Source of the DNA: Amoeboradix gromovi X-113
Lineage: Eukaryota > Fungi > Sanchytriomycota
Assembly: GCA_018985225.1 (NCBI GenBank)
Contig: JADGIF010000046.1
Coordinates: forward strand, 1-27,404
Length of the DNA stretch: 27,404 bases
Direction of reading: 5' to 3'
Shown: positions 1 to 11,273 of the stretch, in pieces
Layout: each line of letters opens with the position of its first letter
Position numbering within the stretch: the stretch's first letter is position 1
The notes under the pieces: generated by a model
Seen by the model: only the letters and a program-made list of their open reading frames with translations
The model's database searches: none
What the model was told of the DNA's origin: nothing
Made by a program: the position numbers and the translations under genes

Positions 1-212
1 TTCCCAGCTCTTGCAGCTGATTGTATTCTAAATGATTTCCGGCGCCCACTACATATACAAACACCTAAGTTAGTTTATAGTACCTGCGGGATCCCGCTTG
101 GAAACACATACCCACCAAACGGTACCTGGTTGTCACCATCTACTGGATCTGATACTTTTGGCATGCTCCGCTTTATAATTGCGCCTGGATTGAATCTTAA
201 GTTCTTCAAATC
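1..212 (-). CDS. Sec1/Munc18 family (Sly1-like) C-terminal coding segment with a 19-nt intron (65-83); runs off the window, upstream part unclear or disrupted
   Basis: Minus strand reads DLKNLRFNPG...PSGIPQ|intron|VFVYVVGAGNHLEYNQLQELG, resembling the Sly1 motif IVFVVGGGNYxEYQNLQE. The frame is closed just upstream of ~220, so this may be a fragment. Confidence 0.45.
65..83 (-). other. 19-nt spliceosomal intron GTACTATAAACTAACTTAG
   Basis: GT...AG ends, CTAAC branch-point motif and an in-frame TAA inside; removal yields the Sly1-like motif. Confidence 0.65.
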
Positions 213-573
213 AGTGACACTGCTTTATGATACACAATAATAAGATGTTGACCACGCTGCTTGCATTTGTGAGAAAGTGTTTGCCCCAAGTTGAAAACCC
301 GTTAGAATTAACCTGCAATAAGATGATGTCAGAAGTCTTTTAAATTGTTCCAGTTTTGCAGCCGGTGCAAAAACTTTTTACTCTTTGCACAATCGAACTA
401 AAAATCATGTAGCTACTTTTAGGCTTATTACGATCCTAAATGATCTTGGTAATATAGTTGAAATCATTCAGAAAAAACAACTATCAAGTGCTCAGAATAG
501 CTACGTAATATGATGGGTGTATATCTTTCTGACACATGAACTTGTCTATTACCAAATTACAGATTCTGCATAA

Positions 574-916
574 GGGACATCAAATATAAAAACTGGACTA
601 ACTTTCTATAACAAATTGGAACATTATTTCAGCTTTGTTAATTTTATGGATATAAGAGGCGAGTGGACATTCAGCTATTTGCGGAGTTGACGAGTATAAA
701 AGGAAAATAAATATTCTGTACAGCTATTCTCTTACTCTTTTATCCAGTCTTTATTTCAAATAAAATATCACTACTACTCTGTAAAAACTAGAATAGATAA
801 GAGTAATGATGTTAGTATAACATTACATAATAGAAGATCTTTTATTAATGATAGCATTTCCTCCGTATGGAGCACCTTTAAATACGAGTTAGTCTAGTTT
901 TTATATTTGGTGTCCC
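574..916 (+). mobile_element. Non-autonomous TIR element (MITE-like), Fanzor1-transposon deletion derivative, copy A
   Basis: Left TIR GGGACATCAAATATAAAAACTGGACTAACT (574) and right TIR AGTTAGTCTAGTTTTTATATTTGGTGTCCC (916). The interior is near-identical to both ends of 11274-11945, including a short piece (ATAAGAGTAATGATGTTAGTAT) of its Fanzor ORF. Flanks are AA and AT. Confidence 0.9.
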
Positions 917-1004
917 ATATGTCAACTATGATCGCTATGTAATGAGAAAGGGGTGAGAGTGGGGACTTTGGAGAGTGAGTAATTCAATATTCCGTGTTTT
1001 ATTC

Positions 1005-2627
1005 ATGAATCCGGTACATTCAGCGATCGCAATCATGGTTGCTATCCTAGCTGCCAGTGAATATTACACTTATGAGTCTGGACTAGCTACTTCCGAACTA
1101 GTACCTGCACTATTGAATAGGGATAGTGAACTATTTAAGTCATTAATGATAAGGTTTAGTTTGCTGATAGCTACAAGCGCGGTTCTCTCAGCATTGACAT
1201 CTCTAGCTACTAGCTACTTAGCTTATTGTATTAGGTTCACAATGCTTGATTACTTACAGTCCCATTTTAAATTAATAAATCAGGACTTTGATCAAAGGTG
1301 GACTCAGGATTTAGACTTGCTATCATTAAATATATCCAGTTTGCTGACTGTTTTTATACCTGCTCCAATAATGATTGTATTTTACTGGATTCAGTCAGCA
1401 ATTATTGCTGGTAACATGGCACCGATTATTGTTGCAAGCTACATTGTAATATCCGCACTAGTTGCTGCTTTGGTAGGAAAAAGATTGCCATTGTTAGTCT
1501 ATATCAAAGAGCAATTTGAAGGTATATTAAGAAGTCAATTTATTCATCTTTTCAACTTTAAAGAAGAAATCCAAATTTATGGGTCAATTCGACCGGAACT
1601 TAAAATGATCAACAAAAGTGTAGTAAAACTTAAAATGATACAGCTGAAAGTTTTGCTCTACGTTTTCATTATTAATGTTTGGTCTAAACTGATATCTTAT
1701 CTCGGTGGTTTGATGCCCTATTTTTGCATTTCAATTGCTATATTTAACAGTTATTATGACGATGTACCGACAGATAAACTGGCTGGCAAGATTCAAATGG
1801 CCTCTTTCATATTATTAATGCTCATGAATAGGTTTACGACCATTATTGAACAGATTTCAATTTTGCTATCCACCATTGGTTACTACAACAGAGTTAGAGA
1901 ATCGATTAATCTGTTCAAAGTAAATGATCAGGACAATATGACAACCAAATATCAAACGGATACATTCGGGATTCAATCAGCTACTGCAAAAATTAATGAA
2001 CACGAGATCTTCATAAACCGTACCCTATTGCTGCACAATCAATGTGTATTGCTTCGTGGAACTAATGGGTCTGGAAAAACAAGCATTATTAGATTGCTTA
2101 AACAGATTTGGGGTGAATCCACAGGTATTCGAATACTTCCTAGAAATAAGAAGTGGATGATATTACCTAGCAGACCTTATTTTATACATGGCAGTATCTT
2201 GGAAAATATAATCTATCCAACTGAAGATGACGGAAGCATCGGCTACGCAGAAATACAAGAGATATTGAACAAATTAGGTATCTGTCTAAAAATTCCTCAA
2301 CTGAATAAAAACAAAAAGTACTTGGAAGTCGAGTTACCGATAGACTATTATGGGTCTTTGAGCGATGGAGAGCAACAGAAATTGATTTTTTGTAGAGTTT
2401 TGTTCAACAAACCAGACTATCTGATTATGGACGAGTCACTAAATCATTTAGACGAAAAGAGTATAGAATTAATATACAGTATTCTGAAAGAGCGGAATTG
2501 CGTTTATATGACTATAACGCACGATGAGCTATTGGAAAAATATCATGATAAAGTAATTAATTTTAGCGTAGATGAAGAAGAGCGAGAGATAGCTAGATAT
2601 AGACCTCAAAAATTCGGATTGTTTTAA
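1005..2627 (+). CDS. ABC subfamily D half transporter (ABCD4-like)
   Basis: TM domain with DQRWTQD and EGILRSQF (EAA-like) motifs, Walker A GTNGSGKT, signature LSDGEQQK, Walker B LIMDE and H-loop ITH. First ATG is at 1005; the ORF track starts at GTG 975. Confidence 0.85.
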   Translation: MNPVHSAIAIMVAILAASEYYTYESGLATSELVPALLNRDSELFKSLMIRFSLLIATSAVLSALTSLATSYLAYCIRFTMLDYLQSHFKLINQDFDQRWTQDLDLLSLNISSLLTVFIPAPIMIVFYWIQSAIIAGNMAPIIVASYIVISALVAALVGKRLPLLVYIKEQFEGILRSQFIHLFNFKEEIQIYGSIRPELKMINKSVVKLKMIQLKVLLYVFIINVWSKLISYLGGLMPYFCISIAIFNSYYDDVPTDKLAGKIQMASFILLMLMNRFTTIIEQISILLSTIGYYNRVRESINLFKVNDQDNMTTKYQTDTFGIQSATAKINEHEIFINRTLLLHNQCVLLRGTNGSGKTSIIRLLKQIWGESTGIRILPRNKKWMILPSRPYFIHGSILENIIYPTEDDGSIGYAEIQEILNKLGICLKIPQLNKNKKYLEVELPIDYYGSLSDGEQQKLIFCRVLFNKPDYLIMDESLNHLDEKSIELIYSILKERNCVYMTITHDELLEKYHDKVINFSVDEEEREIARYRPQKFGLF

Positions 2628-3578
2628 CAAAATAAATTCTGAATTTTTGTTATGGACCTTTCATTGAAAAAATTCAATTTTTTCCTGAGAGTTGTAAGGC
2701 TCCTGGTTTCCAATTCTTCAACACTGGGTTATAAAAGTCGATGCCACTACTAAATTAATAGCATTACGGGGTTAGCAGCGACTGAGACTCTTGAGTCAGT
2801 TCTTAATTTTGCAATAGTAGTATATCGGAAGATTCAAATGTTATCATGCATTGGTGAGTTCAACAGAATGATTGTTTTATCAAAGAATGTCTAAGGCTAT
2901 GCTCTCAAGGCCACCTCCTGCGGACTGTTTGACTCTGGAAGTTCTTATACATAAAATTTTACTTTCTCAGGGTGCTTGATCGGAAAATGTTAGGACAAAC
3001 CCAGAAATAAGTCCTAATTAACTTGAGGGTTAAATATTCAGTAAAACTAGTACTGCACTTAGTCTTATCGCTAATTCGCTGAGTTCCAAACCTTTAAAGA
3101 CCTTAGGCTGGTTAGTCTGATTGCTGGAATCATAAACAATTTTTGTACTTAATTATGCGGAAGCACTCGGAAACTAAATCTATAAGTTAGAAATAAATGG
3201 AATATAACCATGAAAAGTAGATTAACATTGTACAAAGATAGTAAGTAATTCAGTTGTTTAGAGTTAATTTTTCATTTTACAGTCCTGAGGGAACCTACTA
3301 ACATTTACTTTAGACAGGAGAAGGCCGTGGTCTTAATATATTGTGCCATGGTTCTCGGAATTCTATGTCGAATTCATCTGCACATCAGCAAAATCAAAAA
3401 CTAACGTAAACTATTTATTTCTATTCAAGTGCAGCCAGAATGATGTAGCCGTGGACAGACCAGAACTGTACAAACTGCTCAAGGTAGAGGGCGTATCATT
3501 CATCGCAATTTGAATCCGCTGAAATTGCCACAATTGTGTAATAGATGGCTTTATAATGATGGTCCATCTTACAATTTT

Positions 3579-4619
3579 ATGTTGATCCATATACAACAAA
3601 TACTAGCATGTTTAAGTTGCTTTGGTCACTCCTCTGTTTATTTGAAATGTAAGCTAGCAGAATGGGATCACCCAAATGATTTCCAACTTTTAAGTTTCAA
3701 ATTTCTTGAATCACAGTTTGAACAGAAAATTGAAGGTCGGTATGGTGAAGAGATGACAGTTAGATTTCTTTTAAATAAAGTTAATAGGGATTTTTTCTTG
3801 TCTATCACAGATCGTACAAATACTAAGAAAATCACTACAACAAATTTTGAATTAAAGCATTCGGTCCAATCCTTTAAGATCAAAGATCCTGTTGCAGCCA
3901 TAAAACTAGCTGCCAATAACAATAAAGAATACGTCTTGGATTGTGGCAGCAATGTTTCCAAATTGAGTTATAGTGTTAATTACAAAGTGACCTGTAAAAC
4001 GCAGAAAAACCAGGAACCACCAGTAAAACACATCCATTTGCTACAGTTAGGAAAGCCCTTCTTAACGACGTTACCAGGACCCATCAGTTTTTCAGTAAGA
4101 ATGAAGAAGCAGAGTTTTCACTTTAAACCAAGCTACGAAATAACGGGTGAGATTAAACATGGAAAGGATATAGTTAAAGACAATTACTATCTGGGCGAGA
4201 TCAAGTGGAACAATTTGGTTTCAAAGTTTGGAGAATATGTCAAGCATTTTGACTTGGAATACACACTAGGAGAAGATGAGTACTATTGGAGTTGTATACA
4301 GTACGAGGATGGAGATGACCTACCTGATTTAAATCTTGACATTCTGTGTGAGTATGACGATCAGGTGTTTCCAATATCCTTAAGAAATTCAGAGGTATAC
4401 GATGTCAGAACTAAAGAGGGATATTCTGCATTAAAATTTTATATCAGTAGGTCAGATGCACGTCATTACTTGGTTATAACTAACTCGTTGAATAATTATG
4501 GAAGCTATCGACTTCTTCTTGTGTCTGGCAAATTAGAACTAGAGCGAGCTATAACTCATCAATTTACTTATTTGGGAAAAAGGCAGATTAATTGTTGGTC
4601 GAATCTCGACAAATCTTAA
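3579..4619 (+). CDS. Hypothetical protein (~346 aa), possibly secreted
   Basis: Long open frame; first ATG gives MLIHIQQILACLSCFG (signal-like); no recognised domain. Confidence 0.6.
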   Translation: MLIHIQQILACLSCFGHSSVYLKCKLAEWDHPNDFQLLSFKFLESQFEQKIEGRYGEEMTVRFLLNKVNRDFFLSITDRTNTKKITTTNFELKHSVQSFKIKDPVAAIKLAANNNKEYVLDCGSNVSKLSYSVNYKVTCKTQKNQEPPVKHIHLLQLGKPFLTTLPGPISFSVRMKKQSFHFKPSYEITGEIKHGKDIVKDNYYLGEIKWNNLVSKFGEYVKHFDLEYTLGEDEYYWSCIQYEDGDDLPDLNLDILCEYDDQVFPISLRNSEVYDVRTKEGYSALKFYISRSDARHYLVITNSLNNYGSYRLLLVSGKLELERAITHQFTYLGKRQINCWSNLDKS

Positions 4620-4656
4620 AATAATAAATTTATCTCTTTCATCTCTAAAGTATTCA

Positions 4657-6491
4657 CTGTCCCATCTACCCATTGGGAGGAGGAACTCCTGCTATATTGA
4701 TATCATCCAAAGGACGAATTTGCTAATAAGGCTTCTTGAATGTAGTTGTATAACTAATAAATGCATCTCTAATATTTAAACTAGCATTCCGATCTCTTTC
4801 TTCGACGTGGGAGCATGATTCGCATGTCCTCCATCTTTTAAGACCTCTTTTAGTTTCTTTACTATTCACATCATTCTTACAATACAACATTTCTTGGATG
4901 TATATTCTTCAGGTACAATGATCACTTGTCCCCATTTCGAGAATAGATGGCATAACAATCTATTAGGAACTGGATCACACCCTTTCACGTGTGCTTTTCC
5001 ACCATTTCCCCAACAAATAGCTCTTTTCAAGTTCCCCTTCTTGAATTTCTGTTTCTTTCTCTTTATCATAGTTTGAAATTCGTTAATATCTTTTCTCCAG
5101 TCACCAATTCATTATACATCGTGTATTTGATCTTTTGTTTTAATCCAAATCGTCTAAATCGCCACTGTTTAAAGCATTTCTGACTATAAAACCAATTCAT
5201 TTGCTTCATATAAGGTGCTAATGCATTTAAGTAATCAAGAAAGGTTCTTGTCTTTGATAATGTATCTTCAATATTCATGATACCATGTAGTTCTCTACCC
5301 TTCTTCAATTCCTGTTGGTATTTATTTGTAAACATCAAATGTGTATATTGTTTTGATGAAAATGAAATACTTTCTGTACTATAAATGAAATGTTTATCAG
5401 GATATACAAAGACACATTCAACATCTTTTAATTGGGTTAATGCTTCTTTATCTAATCTTCCTAAATGTCTCAAGAATGGTTTCTCAATATTGGGAATAGT
5501 TGTCTCATAACAAGCGTTTTTGAATTGACTTGTATGATTGACTTGTTCTGGAATATATTCTGTATGGTAATAGATACTCTCATCCTTTTTGAATCTCTTG
5601 GTCGTTATATAAACAGCTTTTACTTCTTCACAATATCTAACATGACATGAATACCCATTAGTCTCTATAGAAGTTAAATTTTTGAATGGAATCTTTTTCA
5701 GGAAATGTTTCCACGAATTGATTCCAAAGTATCTCTTAATGCATCCAATATCAAAAGTAATGAATCGTTCACTGAATCTTGGACATGGAAAGTATCTTAA
5801 TGGTCATGCATCTGGTGATACTACAAACAAGTACTTGTTAAAAAGAGTTAAACAATCCAATGTACCTTTGTTAGCCTATTAATCATTCATCACACCATCT
5901 AATTCATAATCTAGAGTGTTTCTCTTTTTCAATTTATGTTCCAAACAACCAGGTTCATCTATATACTCTTGCCAATAGTTCTTACAAGATGTATTAATAC
6001 TTGATGCTTCAAAATTGTATTGATTATCATGAGGTTTAATGGTACGATTATATATACTCATTTGATACAAACTCTTTTAGTTGATTCAAAAAGTCTCTAT
6101 CGAATGATTCACATAATGAAATATCATTACAGAAATATGTTAAACAAAAAGCAGTTCTAGTGAGCGTTGTAATCTCAAAGGCCAAGCCATGTGATTCAAA
6201 GAGCCAATTAAAAAACAAACATGTCCATGAAGTAGCATAATGCATCATTCTTTGAACTCTAAAGAGCTTTCCTTTGTGATTAGGATCTTTCAAGACTGTT
6301 GACAAGGTATGAGGAACCACTTTATATTTAGTAAAATCATCCAAGAACTCAATTTCTTCTTAGACACCATCTCCTGGTCGTCTCTTACGTTTACGAGACA
6401 TATTAATTAGAGTAGTTTTATTACTTTATAACAATATATTTCTTGATGTCATGATACAGATTGTTTTATCATCGATGGGGACTTGGGACAG
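4657..6491 (-). mobile_element. Fanzor1-only TIR element (1835 bp), no transposase
   Basis: Imperfect 17-bp TIRs CTGTCCCATCTACCCAT (4657-4673) and ATGGGGACTTGGGACAG (6475-6491) bracket the Fanzor pseudogene; no clear TSD. Confidence 0.75.
4666..6401 (-). pseudogene. Fanzor1 (TnpB-like RuvC + Zn finger nuclease) pseudogene, full length, with stops and frameshifts
   Basis: Joined frames: MSRKRKRRP (NLS)...KYKVVPHTLSTVLKD...YFPCPRFSERFITFD...TSIETNGYSCHV...VFVYPDK (decayed RuvC-I DPG)...FYSQKCFKQWRF...ICWGNGG..KGCDPVP...VIIVPEEYTSKKC (RuvC-II)...YC...CESC (Zn finger)...ERDRNASLNI (RuvC-III). Confidence 0.9.
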
Positions 6492-6727
6492 CTTGACTAT
6501 TTTCTTGAATAAATCATTTATCGCGAATTTGTATATATTTTTGTATCATTTCAACACTTTTCCAGATTTTTCTAATTGCTTACATACTCGATATTCTTCC
6601 TTTTCGCAAATGGTAAATCAATTCTAAAGAAATAACTAGCAGGTGCAGCATACATTCATCAACACCGAGGAACTGGTCCAAACATAGAAGAATTAGATGT
6701 CTTTCAATGCCTAGACAGTAATATCTG

Positions 6728-6930
6728 CACAATTTATTCAAGGAACGCTGGAAGTTCAAGTGCAAACAAAGAGGAAAGACGATAATTGAATGTAATGAAG
6801 CATTTACTAGTCAGACATGTACAAAGTATGGTACTCTAGAGAAACCAACTTAGAAACCTACACTTGTACCAACTGTCATTTGAAGATAGATAGAGACCAT
6901 ATGGCAGCAAGGAACATATACATCAAATAA
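6728..6930 (+). pseudogene. Fanzor2 / IS607-TnpB-like C-terminal fragment
   Basis: HNLFKERWKFKCKQRGKTIIECNEAFTSQTCTKYG [frameshift] ETYTCTNCHLKIDRDHMAARNIYIK*, giving RuvC-II E, Zn finger and RuvC-III DRD in Fanzor2/TnpB style. Confidence 0.85.
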
Positions 6931-7053
6931 ATGTATCCTTATTCAATTCCGCCTCAGGGTCGTGAAAGCGTGAGCAATCACTGTAACGGAGCATCTAGCA
7001 CTGCTAGTTTCTCTGTGGAAATTCTCGATTTTCTCGGAAATCAGGACTTAACG
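6931..7053 (+). ncRNA. Putative Fanzor2 omegaRNA scaffold / element right end
   Basis: Directly after the stop: CGT-GAAA-GCG and GTGA-GCAA-TCAC (GNRA loops) within a TCCG..CAG/CTG..CGGA stem, then CTAGC-ACT-GCTAG, TTTCT-CTGT-GGAAA and GATTTT-CTCG-GAAATC. The 3' boundary is approximate. Confidence 0.55.
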
Positions 7054-7338
7054 AGGAGAAAATAGACTAATTCTCAAAAAAATATGATCTGCCTATGCTT
7101 TAAAATAAAACTCAAAGATAGAAATTTCTCTTCATTGCCACTCAGGCCTTTCTTCATTTTTTACTAAACCTTTCAATGACTCGAAGATCATTGTGATACG
7201 CAACCGCCTTTATTTCAACTTACTCCTCTCTCAGCATGTCTTTGCAATGGCTATAACCCATAAACCACTTGCTTTAGTTCTTGTTTAAATATCCCAAACA
7301 ATATTGCTCGCGGAATATAATTATTTTTGAAAATAAAA

Positions 7339-10300
7339 ATGCCTGAAATTAAGCAGCTCTGGGAAGAAAATGCAAAAAATATTATATTAAAATCTCTGAG
7401 CAACTCACTTGATAAAAATGAGATCTACAGACAGATTACACCTGTACTCTTTAAGGGACTAATAGAACTAGCTCATTCATATATTGATATTACTCCAAAT
7501 AAATCGTATTATGCGCAGTTACTCCAAAGAGATACAAACTGTAACATGAACCTACCAAAACATAGAAATGACACTCCTTCTAGCCGTAATATTACTAAAA
7601 TAAACCCAGTGTTATGGTTGGGTCAATGGATTATCAGAAACAAAGATTTAGTAATTCGAGATATTGATATAAATACTTCGGTCTCTGCGTTTCGCGCCAG
7701 AATCAATCAAGAAGCCTTTGAGAGCGCATATCAAATTTGTTTTGATGAAACTAAATCGAGACTTTTGAATGAAAAAAAAAACATTTTGTCAGATATTCAA
7801 AAAAGCATTCTTGACCAGATTGACATTGTATTTGATAGCATTGACAAAATAATAGAGTATTCAAATGATGCTTCTTTACAAGTTACACATATGGATTATA
7901 AATACATTACCACAATGTTTGAGGAGTATAGCATAAAGATCCCTGAATACAACCATTACACTTTCATAGAATTCAAAAACGCTGTCAAAAACACAAACAA
8001 ATTCGGCATGGATGACATGACCCTTGGAGAACTAAGAACTGCGAGAGAACTTTACAAGAAAGCAACACAACATGATCATTTGAACATTCTGTTTACTTAC
8101 TACGATGAGAATTCTAAAACACACACTGTTACTCCTGGTTTATTGCACACAGATAAATCCTTGTTAAAAAGTTCAAAATCAATTTTAAAACTAGATTTTA
8201 ATAAAACTCTTTCTCAGATATCCTTTGATTTTCCAGAATACATCCAAGAATGCAATTATTTGAAATTCAAGTATCCAGTTCAAAACCTATTTGAACATGT
8301 CTCAGTTGATTTGGTATCTCAGTATCTAAGCAAATTTTCCAATACAAAATTTAACGAGGTGGTAATCAATAGATTGAAAGTAGTTGCTGAAATGTTATTG
8401 CCAGAAGAATCTACAGATAAATTGCTTCAAATATCGTTTCCGGAGTCAAGCAACTTTATAAAGTCGCCAGATATTGCTTCAGCTCTTTTAAAACTGGTAA
8501 ATGACCATTTCTATGGCGATCACTCTGTCTCTACCAGGATAGTAATTTTTGATAATGCTATAAATGCTAATGACTACAAGCTTATTAAACAGCAGTCTTC
8601 TGACACTAATGAGCTAGATTATACAGCAGTTGCAAAAAAATTTTCTAGACCATCTTTAAAATTATCTAATTCAGAATTTTTTTCCAGTCCAAAAAGTACG
8701 ACGAGTTTATCTACTATATTAGAGGCAGAAAAAGATGGCCATAAACTTAACGGAATCCGTAATAGCATGAAGGCTCTAAACCTAGATAATATACACTTTG
8801 ACGCGGTAACATTGCCAGAGACTTCCGATAGTCTAGCCATGTCAAGCATTAACATTGAACAACAAAGTAACACAGTTATTGCTGTCTCGCACTTAAATTA
8901 TAGTACTAATGATACTCCAGACACCATACAAAGTTCTGATTCGTCTATTAACAATCGAAATTCAGATAGAACCACAATGCAAACCAGAAATTCTTCAAAA
9001 CATATTGATGGGGACCTTGACTTAGATTCTGCTAATGGACCCAAGGATTTATTAGAGTTCACTCGTATTGAAACTGATAATATCAACACGCTTCAATGCC
9101 ATCCGGTAGATACTGCATTAAGTATACAGGAACAAAGCAAAGTTTCTGCCGTTGAATTCGCTTTTAATAATAAGAATAGTGCGGGTAGCGATGTGTATTT
9201 GGACAAGGCCTTCTCGGAATCAGGAAATTATGCAAGTTTAGAGCTCAATAGTATTTTTAAGGGTGACAGAGAAATTAACGATAAATCGTCGGTTGCTCTG
9301 AATGAATATGTGGAAAATAAATCTAAATTGCATCAATTAAATGAAACAGTAATCAACTATGCTTTTCCGTATAGTAACACTTCAGAAACCCAGAACATCC
9401 TTTTAAATGATGATATTGAGGTTAAATTTGATAATGACTTGAATTTTGTAAATATGCCATTGATTAGAGCATTAAATATTGTGGAAGATCCAGTAGAAAA
9501 TTTTGGGTCACCAGAGACAACATCCAAAGCGGTTAAAGAGGATGAAAGTAAAATTCACAATACCTTAACTGTTACACGAACTATTGCGCCACCGACAAGC
9601 AAAAAGAATGAGGTAATCCAATTTTCTGAAACGGAATACAGCAGTCTAAACCTGTCAACAGGTGTAGAAATTGGTGATATTTGGCATGCCGGCAGTAATG
9701 TTGTAGCTAAGGACTATAGAAGTAGTTACGACGGCGCAAACAGCTATGTTACTGAGTTCCTAGACAAACCCAACGATAAACAACTTGTGTCAAGCGGCAC
9801 TGACTCCAGAGACATGGAGGCTCAAAGTGACAATACAAAACAAAGTTTAGGCTTCAACAACTTATTAGCTAATAACATAATCGAGACTCATTCTACTAGA
9901 ATTTCAGTATTTCATAATGCCTTACCTGCACCCATGAGTAGAAAAGCATCTTTAGTAACGGCCAAGCACGATTTAGTATTTAATGACGAAACCTTAATTC
10001 AGCATGATATCGGGAAGTGCATTGGTAACGCTGTAGATATTCCATTGCAAATGACATTTCAGTCCAACGAAAACGGAGTTACCACTCAGGTGTATTTGCC
10101 AATTAGTAATGAGAAAAATGAAGTTATTGGAATGGTGAATATAAGTAAATTCAAAAACATGGAGGCAAATAACAGTTATAACACATTAGTCAGAGAAATT
10201 GAAAACGAAATTTTTACAGGAGCCGAAATAAAAGTACTGAAAGACTTGACAGCACAAGTAAAGGAGGGATATAAGAAGAGAGCAGAAAAGATGCAATTTA

Positions 10301-11243
10301 TAAAAATGAGCAAAATGGCAAAAGAATGGATGGAATATAGTCATGGAATTAACATAGAATTCTACCTGGTTGAAGCAAGCATGAATGATGCTACAGAAAT
10401 AAAAACCCATGTTTACAGGTACAACCCGAGCATTACAGAATCAGTAGATATTCAGCAAGGACTGAACACATCTTTCGTCAACCTTGTAAGTCCAGCACTG
10501 GAACCAGAACTATACAAGTCCGCTGAAGGTAAATGCAAAATAACAACAATAGAGTATGAGATTTATCCATTTTATGATGAAGAACTTCAACCATTTGGAT
10601 TGGTAAGAGTAATGAAAGATCTAGAATACAATGAAGAGCAAGATCAAGATGTCAATAAAGTTGTAAACGCCTTGTCTACTGCTGTAGATTTCTTTAGAAA
10701 GGAACAGAACGGTGTTAAAATAGCTCCAATTTTGCAAGGTGAGAGCCTAACAGACCAGTCACAACAAGACATATTGTTTGCTCGATTCTTATTGACCGAC
10801 TTACGACAGTTGTTGCTAAGCCTGGATTCATCATCTATTGCAGAAATCAAAAGCTACAAATTTCCTCCTAAGGCAGTACTACAAGTTATGCAATGTGTAT
10901 TGTATTTATTTGGAAAGAGGCCTTCAGATGTTTACACATGGCCTGCCGTAGTTAAATTTGTAAATTTTGAACTTTTGAAGAAAATGGCATCTTTTGATCC
11001 TACTGCAGATATTAGGCCACTTTATTTTAAAAGGGTTGAAATAACAATTAAAAGTATAAATCAAAAGTTAATGTAGCAATGAAATCAAAAGATATCAGAA
11101 AACACGGATCCCAACCAACAAAAGACATGTTCAGTTGGTTGGTAGTATCATTGCATTTAAATGAGAGATCAGTAAAAGCTAAAAGAAAGTTGAACTTGTT
11201 TGTTGAAGAGGTTGCTGATGAAGAGCTAGACTTGATTCTTTAA
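7339..11243 (+). CDS. EFCAB5: EFCAB5-like protein, exons 7339-11053 and 11077-11243 (~1293 aa)
   Basis: N-terminal Dpy30/RIIa-like PVLFKGL...INPVLWLGQWIIRN. C-terminal IAEIKSYKFPP...WPAVVKFVN..LLKKMASFDPT continues after a 23-nt intron as DIRKHGSQPTKDMFSWLVVSL. Confidence 0.7.
11054..11076 (+). other. 23-nt intron GTATAAATCAAAAGTTAATGTAG
   Basis: GT-AG ends; removal restores the conserved EFCAB5-like C-terminus. Confidence 0.75.
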
Positions 11244-11273
11244 ATAAACCCGTTTAGCAATTTTACTGCTTAT

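Noticed and set aside
1-240. Open plus-strand frame of ~79 codons
   Set aside because: No motif; the minus strand gives a better-supported Sly1-like reading with a canonical intron
960-975. TGGGGACTTTGGAGAG resembles the Fanzor1 element TIR (14/16 match)
   Set aside because: No partner TIR or internal homology nearby; likely chance
2640-3500. Possible decayed coding sequence
   Set aside because: No recognisable motif or sustained frame
4666-6401. In-frame TAA/TAG in the Fanzor as a sign of an aphelid-type TAR=Gln code
   Set aside because: Host genes end in TAA and long ORFs lack internal TAR; the Fanzor also has a TGA and frameshifts, so it is simply decayed
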